A stretch of DNA of 64,000 nucleotides from Alphaproteobacteria bacterium (GCA_017958225.1 JAGDDD010000018.1:613-64612), one strand, 5' to 3'. Positions 20,833 to 30,118 are shown, numbered from the stretch's first letter. Made by a program: numbers and translations. The notes: generated from the letters alone by a model not told the origin.

Positions 20833-21593
20833 GATTCCTCGATGGTTGGCAGTTTAATCGGGCCTTCGCTGGAGCCTTGAATAAATTGGCGAACATAGGG
20901 GTTGTCCGTCTTGTCTAACTCTTTGACGGTGCCGATCCAAATAATTTTGCCCTGATACAACATAGCGATTCGGTCGGCAATTTTGCGCGCTGAGGCAATA
21001 TCGTGTGTAATCGTCAAGGCGGTGGCGCCGATATTTTTCACGCACGAAACAATCAATTTATTGATGACGTCGGACATAATCGGATCCAGACCTGTTGTCG
21101 GCTCATCAAAAAACAAAATCTCCGGCCGAGAAGCAATAGCACGCGCCAAGCCGACACGTTTTTGCATACCGCCGGACAAATCTGACGGGAACAGGTTTGC
21201 CACATCTTTTGTCAGGCCGACTTGCGCCAACTTATCATACACCAACTGCATCAGCGTTGTTTTATCTCTTTTCAGTCCAAAGACAATGTTGTCGGCGACG
21301 TTCATACTGTCGAACAAGGCCGCGCCTTGGAACAACATGCCGATTTTACGAATAATCTGCACGCGCGTCGATCCGTTGGCATGCACCGATTCCAGCCCAT
21401 CCACCAAAATAGAGCCCTGTTCCGGCGTAATCAGGCCTAAAATACATTTCAGCATAACCGATTTGCCCGAACCGGACGCACCTAAAATCACCAAAGACTC
21501 GCCCTCGTAAATATCTAAATTGCAATCGTCAAGCACGACTTTGGGGCCAAAGGCTTTACACACATTATGAAGACTGATTTTGACTTTACTCAT
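20829..21593 (-). CDS. mlaF: ABC transporter ATP-binding protein, MlaF-like
   Basis: Walker A GASGSGKS, signature LSGGMQKRVGLARA, Walker B ILFFDEP. Follows the mlaE-like permease. Confidence 0.8.
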   Translation of the reverse strand: MSKVKISLHNVCKAFGPKVVLDDCNLDIYEGESLVILGASGSGKSVMLKCILGLITPEQGSILVDGLESVHANGSTRVQIIRKIGMLFQGAALFDSMNVADNIVFGLKRDKTTLMQLVYDKLAQVGLTKDVANLFPSDLSGGMQKRVGLARAIASRPEILFFDEPTTGLDPIMSDVINKLIVSCVKNIGATALTITHDIASARKIADRIAMLYQGKIIWIGTVKELDKTDNPYVRQFIQGSSEGPIKLPTIEES

Positions 21594-21596
21594 GAT

Positions 21597-22370
21597 TTAC
21601 CCCTTGAAGAACAATTCGGTCAAAATGTAGTTGGAAATCAAGATGAGAATAGACGCTGACACCACAGCGTTTGTGGTGGCCGATCCCACACCCTGTGCGC
21701 CACCTTTGGAATTATAACCGTGATAACAACCTAACAAGGCCACAATAAAGCCGAAAACGGCGGCCTTAGCCATGCCGGTCGTGATATCTCCCGTTGTTAA
21801 ATTGGTCCAGGTGCTGTTCAAATAAGATACCGAGTTAAAGTCCAGTTTATAAATACCGACCAGGTAGCCACCGCAAATACCGATAACGTCGCCAATCAGC
21901 ACCAAAACGGGCAGAATAATCACGCTGACCACAATGCGCGGCACAATCAGGTATTTGAAAGGGTTCGTTGATAAAGTAATCATGGCGTCAATTTGCTCGG
22001 TTACGCGCATGGTTCCGATTTCTGCCGCCATGGCAGCACCGATACGTCCGGCCACCATCAAGCCGGCCATGACCGGCGCCAATTCGCGCAACACCGCTAT
22101 CAGCACCACCAAAGCCACCGAGCTTTCCGCCGAAAACTGAGAAAATCCTTCGTAAGTTTGCAGGGCAATTACCGCGCCGGAGAAAAAAGTTGTCAGCGCG
22201 ACTACCGGCAACGAATAAAAGCCGATTTCCACAAACTGTTCCACCATTTGTTTGACATAAACGGGCGGTGTAAAGCAATTATAAACGGCTTGCAGGGTAA
22301 AAAGGCCCAGGCGGCCCGTCGCCCTTAAAAACCTTAAAACAATCTTTCCGACACGAATAAAAAAGTCCAT
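21597..22370 (-). CDS. mlaE: ABC transporter permease, MlaE-like
   Basis: 257 aa polytopic protein. LRELAPVMAGLMVAGRIGAAMAAEIGTMRVTEQIDAM is typical of the MlaE/Ttg2B family. Confidence 0.8.
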   Translation of the reverse strand: MDFFIRVGKIVLRFLRATGRLGLFTLQAVYNCFTPPVYVKQMVEQFVEIGFYSLPVVALTTFFSGAVIALQTYEGFSQFSAESSVALVVLIAVLRELAPVMAGLMVAGRIGAAMAAEIGTMRVTEQIDAMITLSTNPFKYLIVPRIVVSVIILPVLVLIGDVIGICGGYLVGIYKLDFNSVSYLNSTWTNLTTGDITTGMAKAAVFGFIVALLGCYHGYNSKGGAQGVGSATTNAVVSASILILISNYILTELFFKG

Positions 22371-22423
22371 AGCAACCTCTTATATAAAGTGTATGTAAAA
22401 GCCCTGCCGATTGCAAGTCATTT

Positions 22424-22729
22424 TTACAATGCAAACAACTTCTGCAAAAGCGCACAAATCGTCTCTTGGCAAGCACTCGGGAGCACCCCGATTTTGCGTA
22501 TCAGTTGCGATTTGGGCAGGGTTTGCAGTTGGTCCAACATAATTTGTCCTTCCTGTTTATCCAACAACACAGTGACGCGAAAAGGCAGCGGGCGCAGTTG
22601 CGATGTAATCGGCGCCACGCAGACATAAGGCAAATGCTTGTTGAGTTCATCCGGAGACACAACGACGCAGGGCTTTTGCTCGCCTTCTTCTTGTGTCATA
22701 TACAACATAAAGCGTTTTACCATTGCCAC
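22424..22729 (-). CDS. type II toxin, MazF/PemK family
   Basis: 101 aa. PCVVVSPDELN...VCVAPITSQ...DQLQTLPKSQL matches the PemK/MazF pattern. Overlaps the upstream antitoxin gene by 13 nt. Confidence 0.7.
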   Translation of the reverse strand: MAMVKRFMLYMTQEEGEQKPCVVVSPDELNKHLPYVCVAPITSQLRPLPFRVTVLLDKQEGQIMLDQLQTLPKSQLIRKIGVLPSACQETICALLQKLFAL

Positions 22730-22935
22730 TCTCCTTCTTCATGAAAAGGTGTGTTTTGTGCTTCCAGCTCCACCAACACATCCCAGTTGTGACGCTGCCG
22801 GTCAGCTGGTTGCAAAATCAGCGCATTGTTTTGAACGGTGGCCTCTAATACTTTTTTAAAGCCACATTGAGAAATAACGCCCGCCGGAATGCGCACGCCT
22901 TGTGAATTGCCGATACGAATTAAAGACAGTTTCAT
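22717..22935 (-). CDS. type II antitoxin, AbrB/MazE (SpoVT-AbrB) family
   Basis: 72 aa. IRIGNSQGVRIPAGV is the swapped-hairpin AbrB motif. The C-terminus is acidic with Trp residues. Confidence 0.7.
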   Translation of the reverse strand: MKLSLIRIGNSQGVRIPAGVISQCGFKKVLEATVQNNALILQPADRQRHNWDVLVELEAQNTPFHEEGEWQW

Positions 22936-24464
22936 GAGGCGTCTCCTTTCGTTGTCGGTGCGCTATGGCACTGTTTAAGAATCATGTAAAGCCGTCCGGC
23001 GTCAGAGCCGACCAACAAAGGCAGCAACAACTCCTTTTTCCCGTTGGTTTGTATCTTGGCCGAAAAAGCGTCAAACTCCGCCAAATAGCGCGTGACCGCA
23101 ATGCGATAAGAGGTATCTGTCTGATACAGTTTCTGCAACTTGTCGCGCTTTTCTTTGGACAAGGCGGTCAGCAAGTGCCGCATGAACGCGCTGACATCGC
23201 CAGCATAATATTTTTTCCACAAGCCCTCTTCCGCTTTCGGCGAGAAAATGTGAGTCATATCAATGGAAAACTGCGACAGGTGCGACAAGATAAGACGCGC
23301 GTCTGTCATAAACGAATCCAACTGTAAGGAATCCAAATTGTCTTTGGTCGCGCTGATATGTTTGGCCGCCTCTTGAGAAATCTTTTTCAGCTGGTCCAAC
23401 TGGGGCGCCAGGTCCGTTTTTTGTAAAATCGACAGGTGTTCTTCCAGCCCATCCACCGATTGCTGTATGTTTTCGGCCTGTAGGCTGATTTGCGTGTTGA
23501 ACTTGTTGAGCTGTTGCAACGCCTGATCGGTGTGAGATTGCACCTGTTGTGCCTGTTCCAACGTTTGTGTTTGCGCTGTGGTTAGGCGGCCGAGCAGTTT
23601 GTCGGTTTCGGCCTCTAAAATACGCCCTTGTTCCTGCACGCTGTGAATCAGTTGTTGTGCGTTGTTGGACAATCTTTCCTGGCATTGTTGCGTGTCGGCC
23701 TCATAGCGCGTCAAAATAGCGTCAAGCCCTTGATTGTTGGCAGCAAAAGCCTGCGCAATCGTGCGGGCCTGCCCCAAACCTTCTTGCGCGCGATCCACCG
23801 AGGTCAAAACCGTGTGCGTTACCGCCTCAATTTGCTCTTTATTTTTGGCCAGTAAAGCGGTAATTTGTGCGGCTGTTTGAACAGTGTTGTCGGCGGCTTT
23901 TTGCAAGATAGTGGAGCGCATTTGCAAAGATTGTGTCACTTCCTGCGTGGTCGCATTGGCCTTTTCCATGGATTTAGCCAATATTTGCACGTGACGCGCC
24001 ATTTGACGAATAGAAGTCAGGGTATGTTTGTCCGCGTGGTCGATAATGCGCGCCAATTCCTGTAACCAGGTGCGCAAATCAGTGCGCATATTTTGGCTTT
24101 GTTCGGCGACCAGGGCAAATACCTTTTTAAACTCTTTGATTTGATCGCGCAGCGTGGATGTCAGCGCCTGGGTATAGGCCGCTCCCTCTTCCGTCGGAAA
24201 CATCAGCTGTTGCATATAATTTTGCAGCATCTGCGTTTCTTCCTGCAATTGCTTTTTATGCAAGATCCAGACGACCACAAACCAAATCAGCGCTAACGGC
24301 AGGCATTGGCTGAGCAAGGTGCCGACAAACTCCGCGGGCGCTAACTCATAACGGTGACTCCACCAGCCTGCTTGGCTGAGGTAATCGAGCGCCAGACCTA
24401 TCCAGACAAGGCTGACAATACAGGCGCCTAAAACGACGGGTTTTTTCCATAAAGACGAGTTCAT
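22932..24464 (-). CDS. membrane-anchored coiled-coil protein, function unknown
   Basis: Two N-terminal TM helices followed by about 350 aa of Q/L/E-rich heptad-like sequence. Start set at the ATG at 24464, which has a GGAG RBS. Its stop overlaps the mazE start (ATGA). Confidence 0.6.
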   Translation of the reverse strand: MNSSLWKKPVVLGACIVSLVWIGLALDYLSQAGWWSHRYELAPAEFVGTLLSQCLPLALIWFVVVWILHKKQLQEETQMLQNYMQQLMFPTEEGAAYTQALTSTLRDQIKEFKKVFALVAEQSQNMRTDLRTWLQELARIIDHADKHTLTSIRQMARHVQILAKSMEKANATTQEVTQSLQMRSTILQKAADNTVQTAAQITALLAKNKEQIEAVTHTVLTSVDRAQEGLGQARTIAQAFAANNQGLDAILTRYEADTQQCQERLSNNAQQLIHSVQEQGRILEAETDKLLGRLTTAQTQTLEQAQQVQSHTDQALQQLNKFNTQISLQAENIQQSVDGLEEHLSILQKTDLAPQLDQLKKISQEAAKHISATKDNLDSLQLDSFMTDARLILSHLSQFSIDMTHIFSPKAEEGLWKKYYAGDVSAFMRHLLTALSKEKRDKLQKLYQTDTSYRIAVTRYLAEFDAFSAKIQTNGKKELLLPLLVGSDAGRLYMILKQCHSAPTTKGDAS

Positions 24465-24542
24465 GCTATCTCCTATATCATGGGTTGTTACAGGAATGAT
24501 AACAGGCTTTAAGATAAAAAGCAAGAAGTAATTACAAAGTAA

Positions 24543-25394
24543 TCACAAATATTTTTTAATTGTGCAAATGTCTGATTTTTCTATAATTTTTTTGAAAACC
24601 ATTTGATGTCTAAACCAAGTCAGTTGACGTTTGGCGTAATGACGCGTGGCTTGAGCGGCACGTGCGCAAGCGGTATCCAAATCGGCCCCCTGTTCGATGA
24701 CTTCAGATAATTCTTTTACGCCTAATGCCTGAAAAACGCCGCCTGTTTTTTGCGGGTTGGCGCGCAACAGGTCGCGAACCTGGTTCAATGCCCCCTGCTC
24801 TACCATTTGTTGAAAGCGCGCGTCAATGCGTTGATACAGCGTCTGCCGATCCGGCTCGATGAAAATAGTATAAAAATCGGCGATCAGTGCGGGCTTTTTG
24901 GGCCGGTTGTGAAAATAGGAAGGCCAATGCCCGCTCGCCAAGAACACTTCCAAAGCCCGACGCGCACGTTGCGGATCGCGCAAACTGTCGTTGGGCAGTT
25001 GCGCCAATACCTCGTCTAAAGGCATCTGCCGAACCCGAGTGCGAATGTCGTCGGGAATGTCGGGCAAAGAGGCCAAGCCTTCTGTCAGCGCCTTTAAATA
25101 CAGACCCGTGCCACCGACAAAAATGGGCGTTTCTATGTTTTTGACAGCCTCGACAGCGCGCTGCAACCATCCGTAACAATTTTCTCTCTCGGTAGCGCCT
25201 AAATACGCATACAAATGATGAGGAGCTTGTTGTTTGTCTTCATCGCTCGGCTGGGCAGTCAATAACGGCACATCCCGATAGACTTGCAGGGAGTCAGCGT
25301 TGACAATCTCGCCATGCAGATATTCAGCCATCTGTAAAGCCAGATGACTTTTTCCGGATGCGGTCGGTCCCGCTATGACAAAAACGCGCTTCAT
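24543..25394 (-). CDS. miaA: tRNA dimethylallyltransferase
   Basis: P-loop IAGPTASGKS, then VNADSLQVYRD and GGTGLYLKAL. Confidence 0.9.
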   Translation of the reverse strand: MKRVFVIAGPTASGKSHLALQMAEYLHGEIVNADSLQVYRDVPLLTAQPSDEDKQQAPHHLYAYLGATERENCYGWLQRAVEAVKNIETPIFVGGTGLYLKALTEGLASLPDIPDDIRTRVRQMPLDEVLAQLPNDSLRDPQRARRALEVFLASGHWPSYFHNRPKKPALIADFYTIFIEPDRQTLYQRIDARFQQMVEQGALNQVRDLLRANPQKTGGVFQALGVKELSEVIEQGADLDTACARAAQATRHYAKRQLTWFRHQMVFKKIIEKSDICTIKKYL

Positions 25395-25560
25395 GGCTTA
25401 TAGCCTACACGAAAAGAGACAGTTTGTCCAGACTTTTTATAACATAATTACAATGTAATTACATAGGGCGTAACTTTAGGGAAAACAAGGCCTTTATTGG
25501 TCGGGTTGTGGTCCGTTTGGCTTTAAGATTTAATTAAATAAAATCGGTTACATTATCTGT

Positions 25561-26340
25561 ATGTATCAAGAAAGGTATCCTTTACAGGCGGCGGAAGCGC
25601 GGGCGCAAGAGTTGTGGGCGGGCCAAGTGTGGCCGTTGCCCGATGCGCCGGGCATAACGCAGGCAGTCAGGGCGGATATACGAGCGCGCTATCAGGGCAT
25701 GGATCTTGTTGCCGGGCAGCCTTCGCTTCTCCGGTTGGGTGTTTTGATTTCGTCGCACGCCCCGTTGCCGGACAATTTGTTTCAAGGGGCCGATGCCTTC
25801 CGTTTATCTTGCGTCTTGTCCGAAAAAACGAACGCGTGCCCGCCGGCGTCTTGTTGGCGCTTGGTCCATCAACTGGTGCATAAACTGCGCGGCGCCGAGC
25901 CATTTTCAGACGGTGTAATTACAATGTATATACAGCAAAATCCAGGGGATGCCGCCATCGTCAAAGCCCTGCAAAACGGCAACTTTTATCAAGCCTTATC
26001 GTTGGTGCGTGCCGGCCTGTCCAAGCCAGTATCAGTCGCACAAAAAAGTTTTTATTTGGCGGTGGTGTATCCGATGGTGCCGCACGCTGCCTTGTATCTT
26101 TTGCCAAATGCACAACAGCAAGCGGCCGCCTTTTATCGTTGGGTGGCAGTTCAGGCGTTGCCCCTGCCCGTCTTGGTGGGTGGTCGTTTTTGCGCTTGGT
26201 ATTGGGAAGGCGCAAAAGCCTCACAGGCGCAGCTTGAAAAAGAAGTCTTGTCTTTACCCGCTGTTTCGAATAAAATAAAAGGCAAATCGGTTCAACGCAT
26301 TATTTATAAAAAAGGAAGAGTCGTTCATGTGGTTGTATAA
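25561..26340 (+). pseudogene. leuS: leucyl-tRNA synthetase relic: in-frame fusion of LeuRS N-terminal about 60 aa to the C-terminal anticodon-binding/C-terminal domains; catalytic core absent
   Basis: MYQERYPLQAAEARAQELW resembles E. coli MQEQYRPEEIESKVQLHW. ADIRARYQGM resembles GDVIARYQRM. GADAFRL resembles GADTVRL. The C-terminus KSVQRIIYKKGRVVHVVV resembles VRKVIYVPGKLLNLVV. No HIGH or KMSKS motif, no CP1 domain. It sits upstream of lptE-holA, where alphaproteobacterial leuS normally lies. Confidence 0.7.
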
Positions 26341-26839
26341 AGGCATCATGGTGTTAGGATTGGCGGCATTGACGGCGTGTCAGTGGTCTCCCGTTTATGA
26401 AAAGCAAGACGCGCAGGCCGACGCGGTGACGGCACAAGTTCAAATTGAGCCTATCCCCGAAGAAATCGGGCGTGTGATTCGCCAAGAGTTGATCAACACC
26501 TTAAATCCGAAAAACGAGGACGCCAAAAAGGCCTATCGATTGACGGTCAGTCGCGTGCAGGAAACGTCTTCCAATGTGGGTATCGTCACAGACAACACCG
26601 CAACGCAAGCGATTATGCACTTGTCGGCAACCTATCAATTAACGGAAATGGCAACCAAGAAGGTTTTGTTGAGTTCAGCGGCGCGCGTGGCGAGCAACTA
26701 TAACATTTTGCGTAAAGACCCGTATGCGACGGTAACGGCCCGCGAAAATATCAAAAAGACGCTCAGCTTGATGTTGGCAGATCAAATTGCCTTACAGGTG
26801 GCCCAAACACTTAAACAATTGAAAAACAATGGAAATTAA
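26327..26839 (+). CDS. lptE: LPS assembly lipoprotein LptE
   Basis: Lipobox LAALTAC and about 170 aa. Position between leuS and holA is conserved in proteobacteria. Confidence 0.7.
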   Translation: MWLYKGIMVLGLAALTACQWSPVYEKQDAQADAVTAQVQIEPIPEEIGRVIRQELINTLNPKNEDAKKAYRLTVSRVQETSSNVGIVTDNTATQAIMHLSATYQLTEMATKKVLLSSAARVASNYNILRKDPYATVTARENIKKTLSLMLADQIALQVAQTLKQLKNNGN

Positions 26840-27836
26840 AAGGCCTTTTTTAACGGCGGACGCCCTCAATCGTATGCCCAGCCTGTTTATTTTTGGCGCG
26901 GATGTCGGCGGTATAGCCGATGCGGCGCAAACGGCGCTGAACTTGTTGGGCGCTAAAAAAGGCGGCTTTGATGTGATTAAAATTACGCCCGACGATTTAA
27001 AGGCGACGCCTTCTTTGTTTTGGGATGAAGTCTCGTCGATGAGTTTATTGGCATCCAAACGCATTGTTCACTTGTGCAATCCGTCAGATACGTTTGAAAA
27101 AGAGCTGGCTCTTTATTTGCAAAAGCCGGCTCCCGGCGTGTTTGTGTTGGTTACATCCGATACGCTCAATACGAAGTCGGCCATTTATCGCCTGTATAAA
27201 GCCGACGCCAAAGCGGCCGCCCTGGGCTGTTATTTGCCTTCGGTTGCCGAATTAAAGAGCCTGATACAAACATTTTTGTCGCAACAGGGTCTGTCCATAG
27301 AGCCCAACGCGTTAGCCCAACTGGCCGCCTATGAGGGCGCGGACCGGCAAGTCACCTTGTCTGATTTAGACAAATTGTGTGTGTATATGGGCGACAAAAA
27401 GCAAGTTACCTTGGCGGATGTGGAAGCGTTGATTGGCAATAACGCCAAAGTCAGCACGGATGATGTCTTTTTCGCGCTGTTGAGGGGGGATGATTTGAGC
27501 GTTCAACGCTCTGTTGAGCTGTTGTGGCAAGACGGAATCAACAGTGTGTCTTTGGTGCGTGCGGTCTTGTCTCGCATGATGCAGATGTTATCGATTCGTG
27601 CGAAAGTCGCTAAAGGCGCCGACATAGATTCTGCCTCACGCGCCGCCGTTCCCTTTATTCCATTCGCTTACAAGGACACATGGCGATCGGCGTTGAGTGT
27701 GCTGTCCGGCCCGCAGATTCAAAATATGATTCATACGCTGTTGGAAACAGAAAAGCAGATGAAGTCGGGTTTGCCGATGGATTTGATGGCGCAACGCGCC
27801 CTGTTACAACTGACAGAGCAGAGAAAAAAGCGCTAA
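26829..27836 (+). CDS. holA: DNA polymerase III subunit delta
   Basis: 335 aa. Length, synteny (lptE-holA) and the helical C-terminal region with LLETEKQMKSG-type segments. Confidence 0.75.
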   Translation: MEIKRPFLTADALNRMPSLFIFGADVGGIADAAQTALNLLGAKKGGFDVIKITPDDLKATPSLFWDEVSSMSLLASKRIVHLCNPSDTFEKELALYLQKPAPGVFVLVTSDTLNTKSAIYRLYKADAKAAALGCYLPSVAELKSLIQTFLSQQGLSIEPNALAQLAAYEGADRQVTLSDLDKLCVYMGDKKQVTLADVEALIGNNAKVSTDDVFFALLRGDDLSVQRSVELLWQDGINSVSLVRAVLSRMMQMLSIRAKVAKGADIDSASRAAVPFIPFAYKDTWRSALSVLSGPQIQNMIHTLLETEKQMKSGLPMDLMAQRALLQLTEQRKKR

Positions 27837-28714
27837 TCTTCGACTGGCCCGCCGGTTGTCAGACGTTGTAAAATCGTATCCAACTTTTCCAAATTGTTGC
27901 AGGCGACCGTAATTTTGCCGGATTTTCCTGTCCATTTAATAGATACCGCTGTCTTCAGCAAGGCGGACAATTCGGCCTCCAATGCCAAAATATCCCGATC
28001 TTTATGCTCGTGGGCCGGTGCGGCGCCTGTCGCGCGCGGTTTCTTTGTTTGCATAGCCAACTGTTCGGCCTGTCGGACGTTGAGTCCTTGCGCAATAATT
28101 TTTTTAGCCAAGGTTTCCGGATGGGCGGTGTTTAACAAAGCACGTGCATGTCCGGCGGACAATTCGTTGCTTTCCAACAATTTTTTGACACTGTCAGGCA
28201 GGTCCAGCAAGCGCATCATATTGGCCACATGACTGCGGCTTTTGCCTACCACTTTGGATAATTCTTCCTGCGTGTATTGAAACTCCTTCATCAAGCGCGC
28301 ATAGGCCGCCGCCTCTTCCAACGCATTTAAATCTTGGCGTTGCAAGTTTTCAATCAAAGACACTTCCAAAGTTTCTTTGTCGGAAAAATGTCGGACAATG
28401 GCCGGCACCTGTTTTAAACCGGCTTGAGAGGCCGCCCGCCAACGACGCTCGCCGGCAATAATTTCATATTTGTTGTCGGCAATCGGACGCACAAGCAGTG
28501 GCTGTAACACGCCTTTGGCGGCAATTGAGGCGACCAAGTCCGCCAACTGTTCCGGCGCAAACACCTTACGCGGCTGATACCGTCCGGGTTGCAGGCTTTG
28601 CACGGGCACCAACTCAACAACATCCGCCTTTTCGCCGGCCTCTTGCACCGGGTCAATTTCTCCCAAAATGGCCGACAGGCCTTTTCCTAAACCGATTTTA
28701 TCCATGAGATACAA
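27833..28714 (-). CDS. parB: chromosome partitioning protein ParB
   Basis: LGKGLSAILG, ParB box GERRWRAA, and HTH QEELSKVVGKSRSHVANMMRLL. Confidence 0.9.
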   Translation of the reverse strand: MYLMDKIGLGKGLSAILGEIDPVQEAGEKADVVELVPVQSLQPGRYQPRKVFAPEQLADLVASIAAKGVLQPLLVRPIADNKYEIIAGERRWRAASQAGLKQVPAIVRHFSDKETLEVSLIENLQRQDLNALEEAAAYARLMKEFQYTQEELSKVVGKSRSHVANMMRLLDLPDSVKKLLESNELSAGHARALLNTAHPETLAKKIIAQGLNVRQAEQLAMQTKKPRATGAAPAHEHKDRDILALEAELSALLKTAVSIKWTGKSGKITVACNNLEKLDTILQRLTTGGPVED

Positions 28715-29489
28715 ACTCCTTTTCTCGTTTTAAAAACTCTTTAGCCAGTTGCAAATAAGCTTGCGCACCGACGCATTTAAAATCATACAAAAGAACAGGC
28801 TTTCCATGTGAAGGCGCTTCCGGGATACGCACGTTGCGCGGGATGACTGTCTCATAAACCTGTTGCTTGAAAAAGTCGCGCACATCTTGGCACACTGAGG
28901 AAGATAGACGGCTCCGCTTGTCAAACATCGTCAGCAAGACACCGTGCAGGGCAAGGCGCGGGTTAAAGTTCTTTTGAACGCGCTCAATGGTCTTGATCAA
29001 GTCGGCCACACCTTCCAGAGCCAGATATTCGCACTGGATGGGCACAATCACGGCATCCGCCGCCGTCAGCGCATTGATCGTCAGCATACCGACGGCCGGC
29101 GGGCAGTCTATAAATATATAGTCAAAGTCCAGTTGCGTATTCTGCAGAGCTTGTTTCAGGTAAAACTGCGGTTTTTCCACCTGCGCCAGCTCGATGTCCA
29201 AGCCGAGTAATTCTTTGGCCGACGGTAAAACAGACAGACAGGGAATCTGTGTCGGCACAATCGCACTGTCCAGCGTGTCTTGTCCGGTCAACATGGTATA
29301 GGCGTTGTGTGGCGCATTTTGGCGCGAGATGCCTAAACTGACAGTGGCGTTGCCTTGCGCATCCAAATCAATCAACAGGACCTTTTTGCGCAAAGCCGCG
29401 ATGGCAGTCGATAAATTGACGGTTGTGGTGGTTTTGCCGACGCCGCCCTTTTGGTTAGCAATGGCAAAAACGCGAGGGAACAGACTCAT
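28698..29489 (-). CDS. parA: chromosome partitioning ATPase ParA
   Basis: Deviant Walker A NQKGGVGKTTT, then IDLDAQGNAT and IDCPP. Confidence 0.9.
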   Translation of the reverse strand: MSLFPRVFAIANQKGGVGKTTTTVNLSTAIAALRKKVLLIDLDAQGNATVSLGISRQNAPHNAYTMLTGQDTLDSAIVPTQIPCLSVLPSAKELLGLDIELAQVEKPQFYLKQALQNTQLDFDYIFIDCPPAVGMLTINALTAADAVIVPIQCEYLALEGVADLIKTIERVQKNFNPRLALHGVLLTMFDKRSRLSSSVCQDVRDFFKQQVYETVIPRNVRIPEAPSHGKPVLLYDFKCVGAQAYLQLAKEFLKREKEFVSHG

Positions 29490-30118
29490 GAGTCCTCCTT
29501 TCTGATATCAATAATAACGCCCGAAGGGTCGGTTTGACTGGGGATAGACTGAACAGTAAAGCCGGCAGGCAACCGGGCCTGTTCTTCTTGAACGCGCGCT
29601 CCTTTCAAAAATAAAGCGTGCGTCGTGTCTTTCCAAAAAGCCGCGCTCAAGCGCAATAGCGTAGGCAAATCGGACAAAGCGCGGGCCGTGATGATGTCAG
29701 CCGGCAAGGCAGGCATGTCCTCTATCCGACAATTATGGATGGTCACGGGCACAGACAATTGGCGCGCACACTCTTGTAAAAACGCACACTTACGGGTATC
29801 GCTTTCCACCAGATGAACATGTAAAGACCGGCCAGCGTCGTGGGCCATCAGGGCTAAAACAAGACCGGGGAAGCCTCCGCCGCTGCCCAGATCCACCAGC
29901 GTTTCTGCGTCTTTCGGGACAAAGGCGAACAGTTGGGCGCTGTCCAGGATGTGTCTTTCCCATGCGTCTTTCAGCGAATTGTTGCTAACCAAGTTGACGG
30001 CTTTTTGCCACTTTTTGAGCAAAGTTTCAAATGTTTGAAGCTTTTTTTGTAGTTCTTTTGATAAAATTATCTCTTGTTTCACGTGAAACTTTCCCCGTTT
30101 TTGTTTCATGTGAAACAT
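29486..30118 (-). CDS. rsmG: 16S rRNA (guanine527-N7)-methyltransferase RsmG (GidB)
   Basis: LVDLGSGGGFPGLVLA SAM motif and RHILDS. First gene of the rsmG-parA-parB operon. The exact start is uncertain because the first about 15 codons are the parS sites. Confidence 0.85.
   Translation of the reverse strand: MFHMKQKRGKFHVKQEIILSKELQKKLQTFETLLKKWQKAVNLVSNNSLKDAWERHILDSAQLFAFVPKDAETLVDLGSGGGFPGLVLALMAHDAGRSLHVHLVESDTRKCAFLQECARQLSVPVTIHNCRIEDMPALPADIITARALSDLPTLLRLSAAFWKDTTHALFLKGARVQEEQARLPAGFTVQSIPSQTDPSGVIIDIRKEDS
30075..30090. promoter_or_regulatory. parS: parS centromere-like site 1 (TGTTTCACGTGAAACT)
   Basis: 15/16 match to the canonical palindrome TGTTTCACGTGAAACA. Immediately upstream of, and inside the 5' end of, rsmG-parAB. 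Confidence 0.85.
30102..30117. promoter_or_regulatory. parS: parS centromere-like site 2 (TGTTTCATGTGAAACA)
   Basis: 15/16 match to the canonical parS, with a central C to T change. Starts 27 bp after site 1 starts. Confidence 0.8.

Noticed and set aside
24528-25930. Three related ~20-mers containing the palindrome (T)GTAATTACA: GTAATTACAAAGTAATCACA at 24528, TAATTACAATGTAATTACA at 25445 and TGTAATTACAATGTATA at 25914. They flank miaA and lie inside the leuS relic, and could be an operator or a miniature repeat.
   Set aside because: The exact shared core is only 13 nt and AT-rich. A rough estimate gives about one such close pair by chance in 64 kb, so I cannot call it significant without a genome-wide count.
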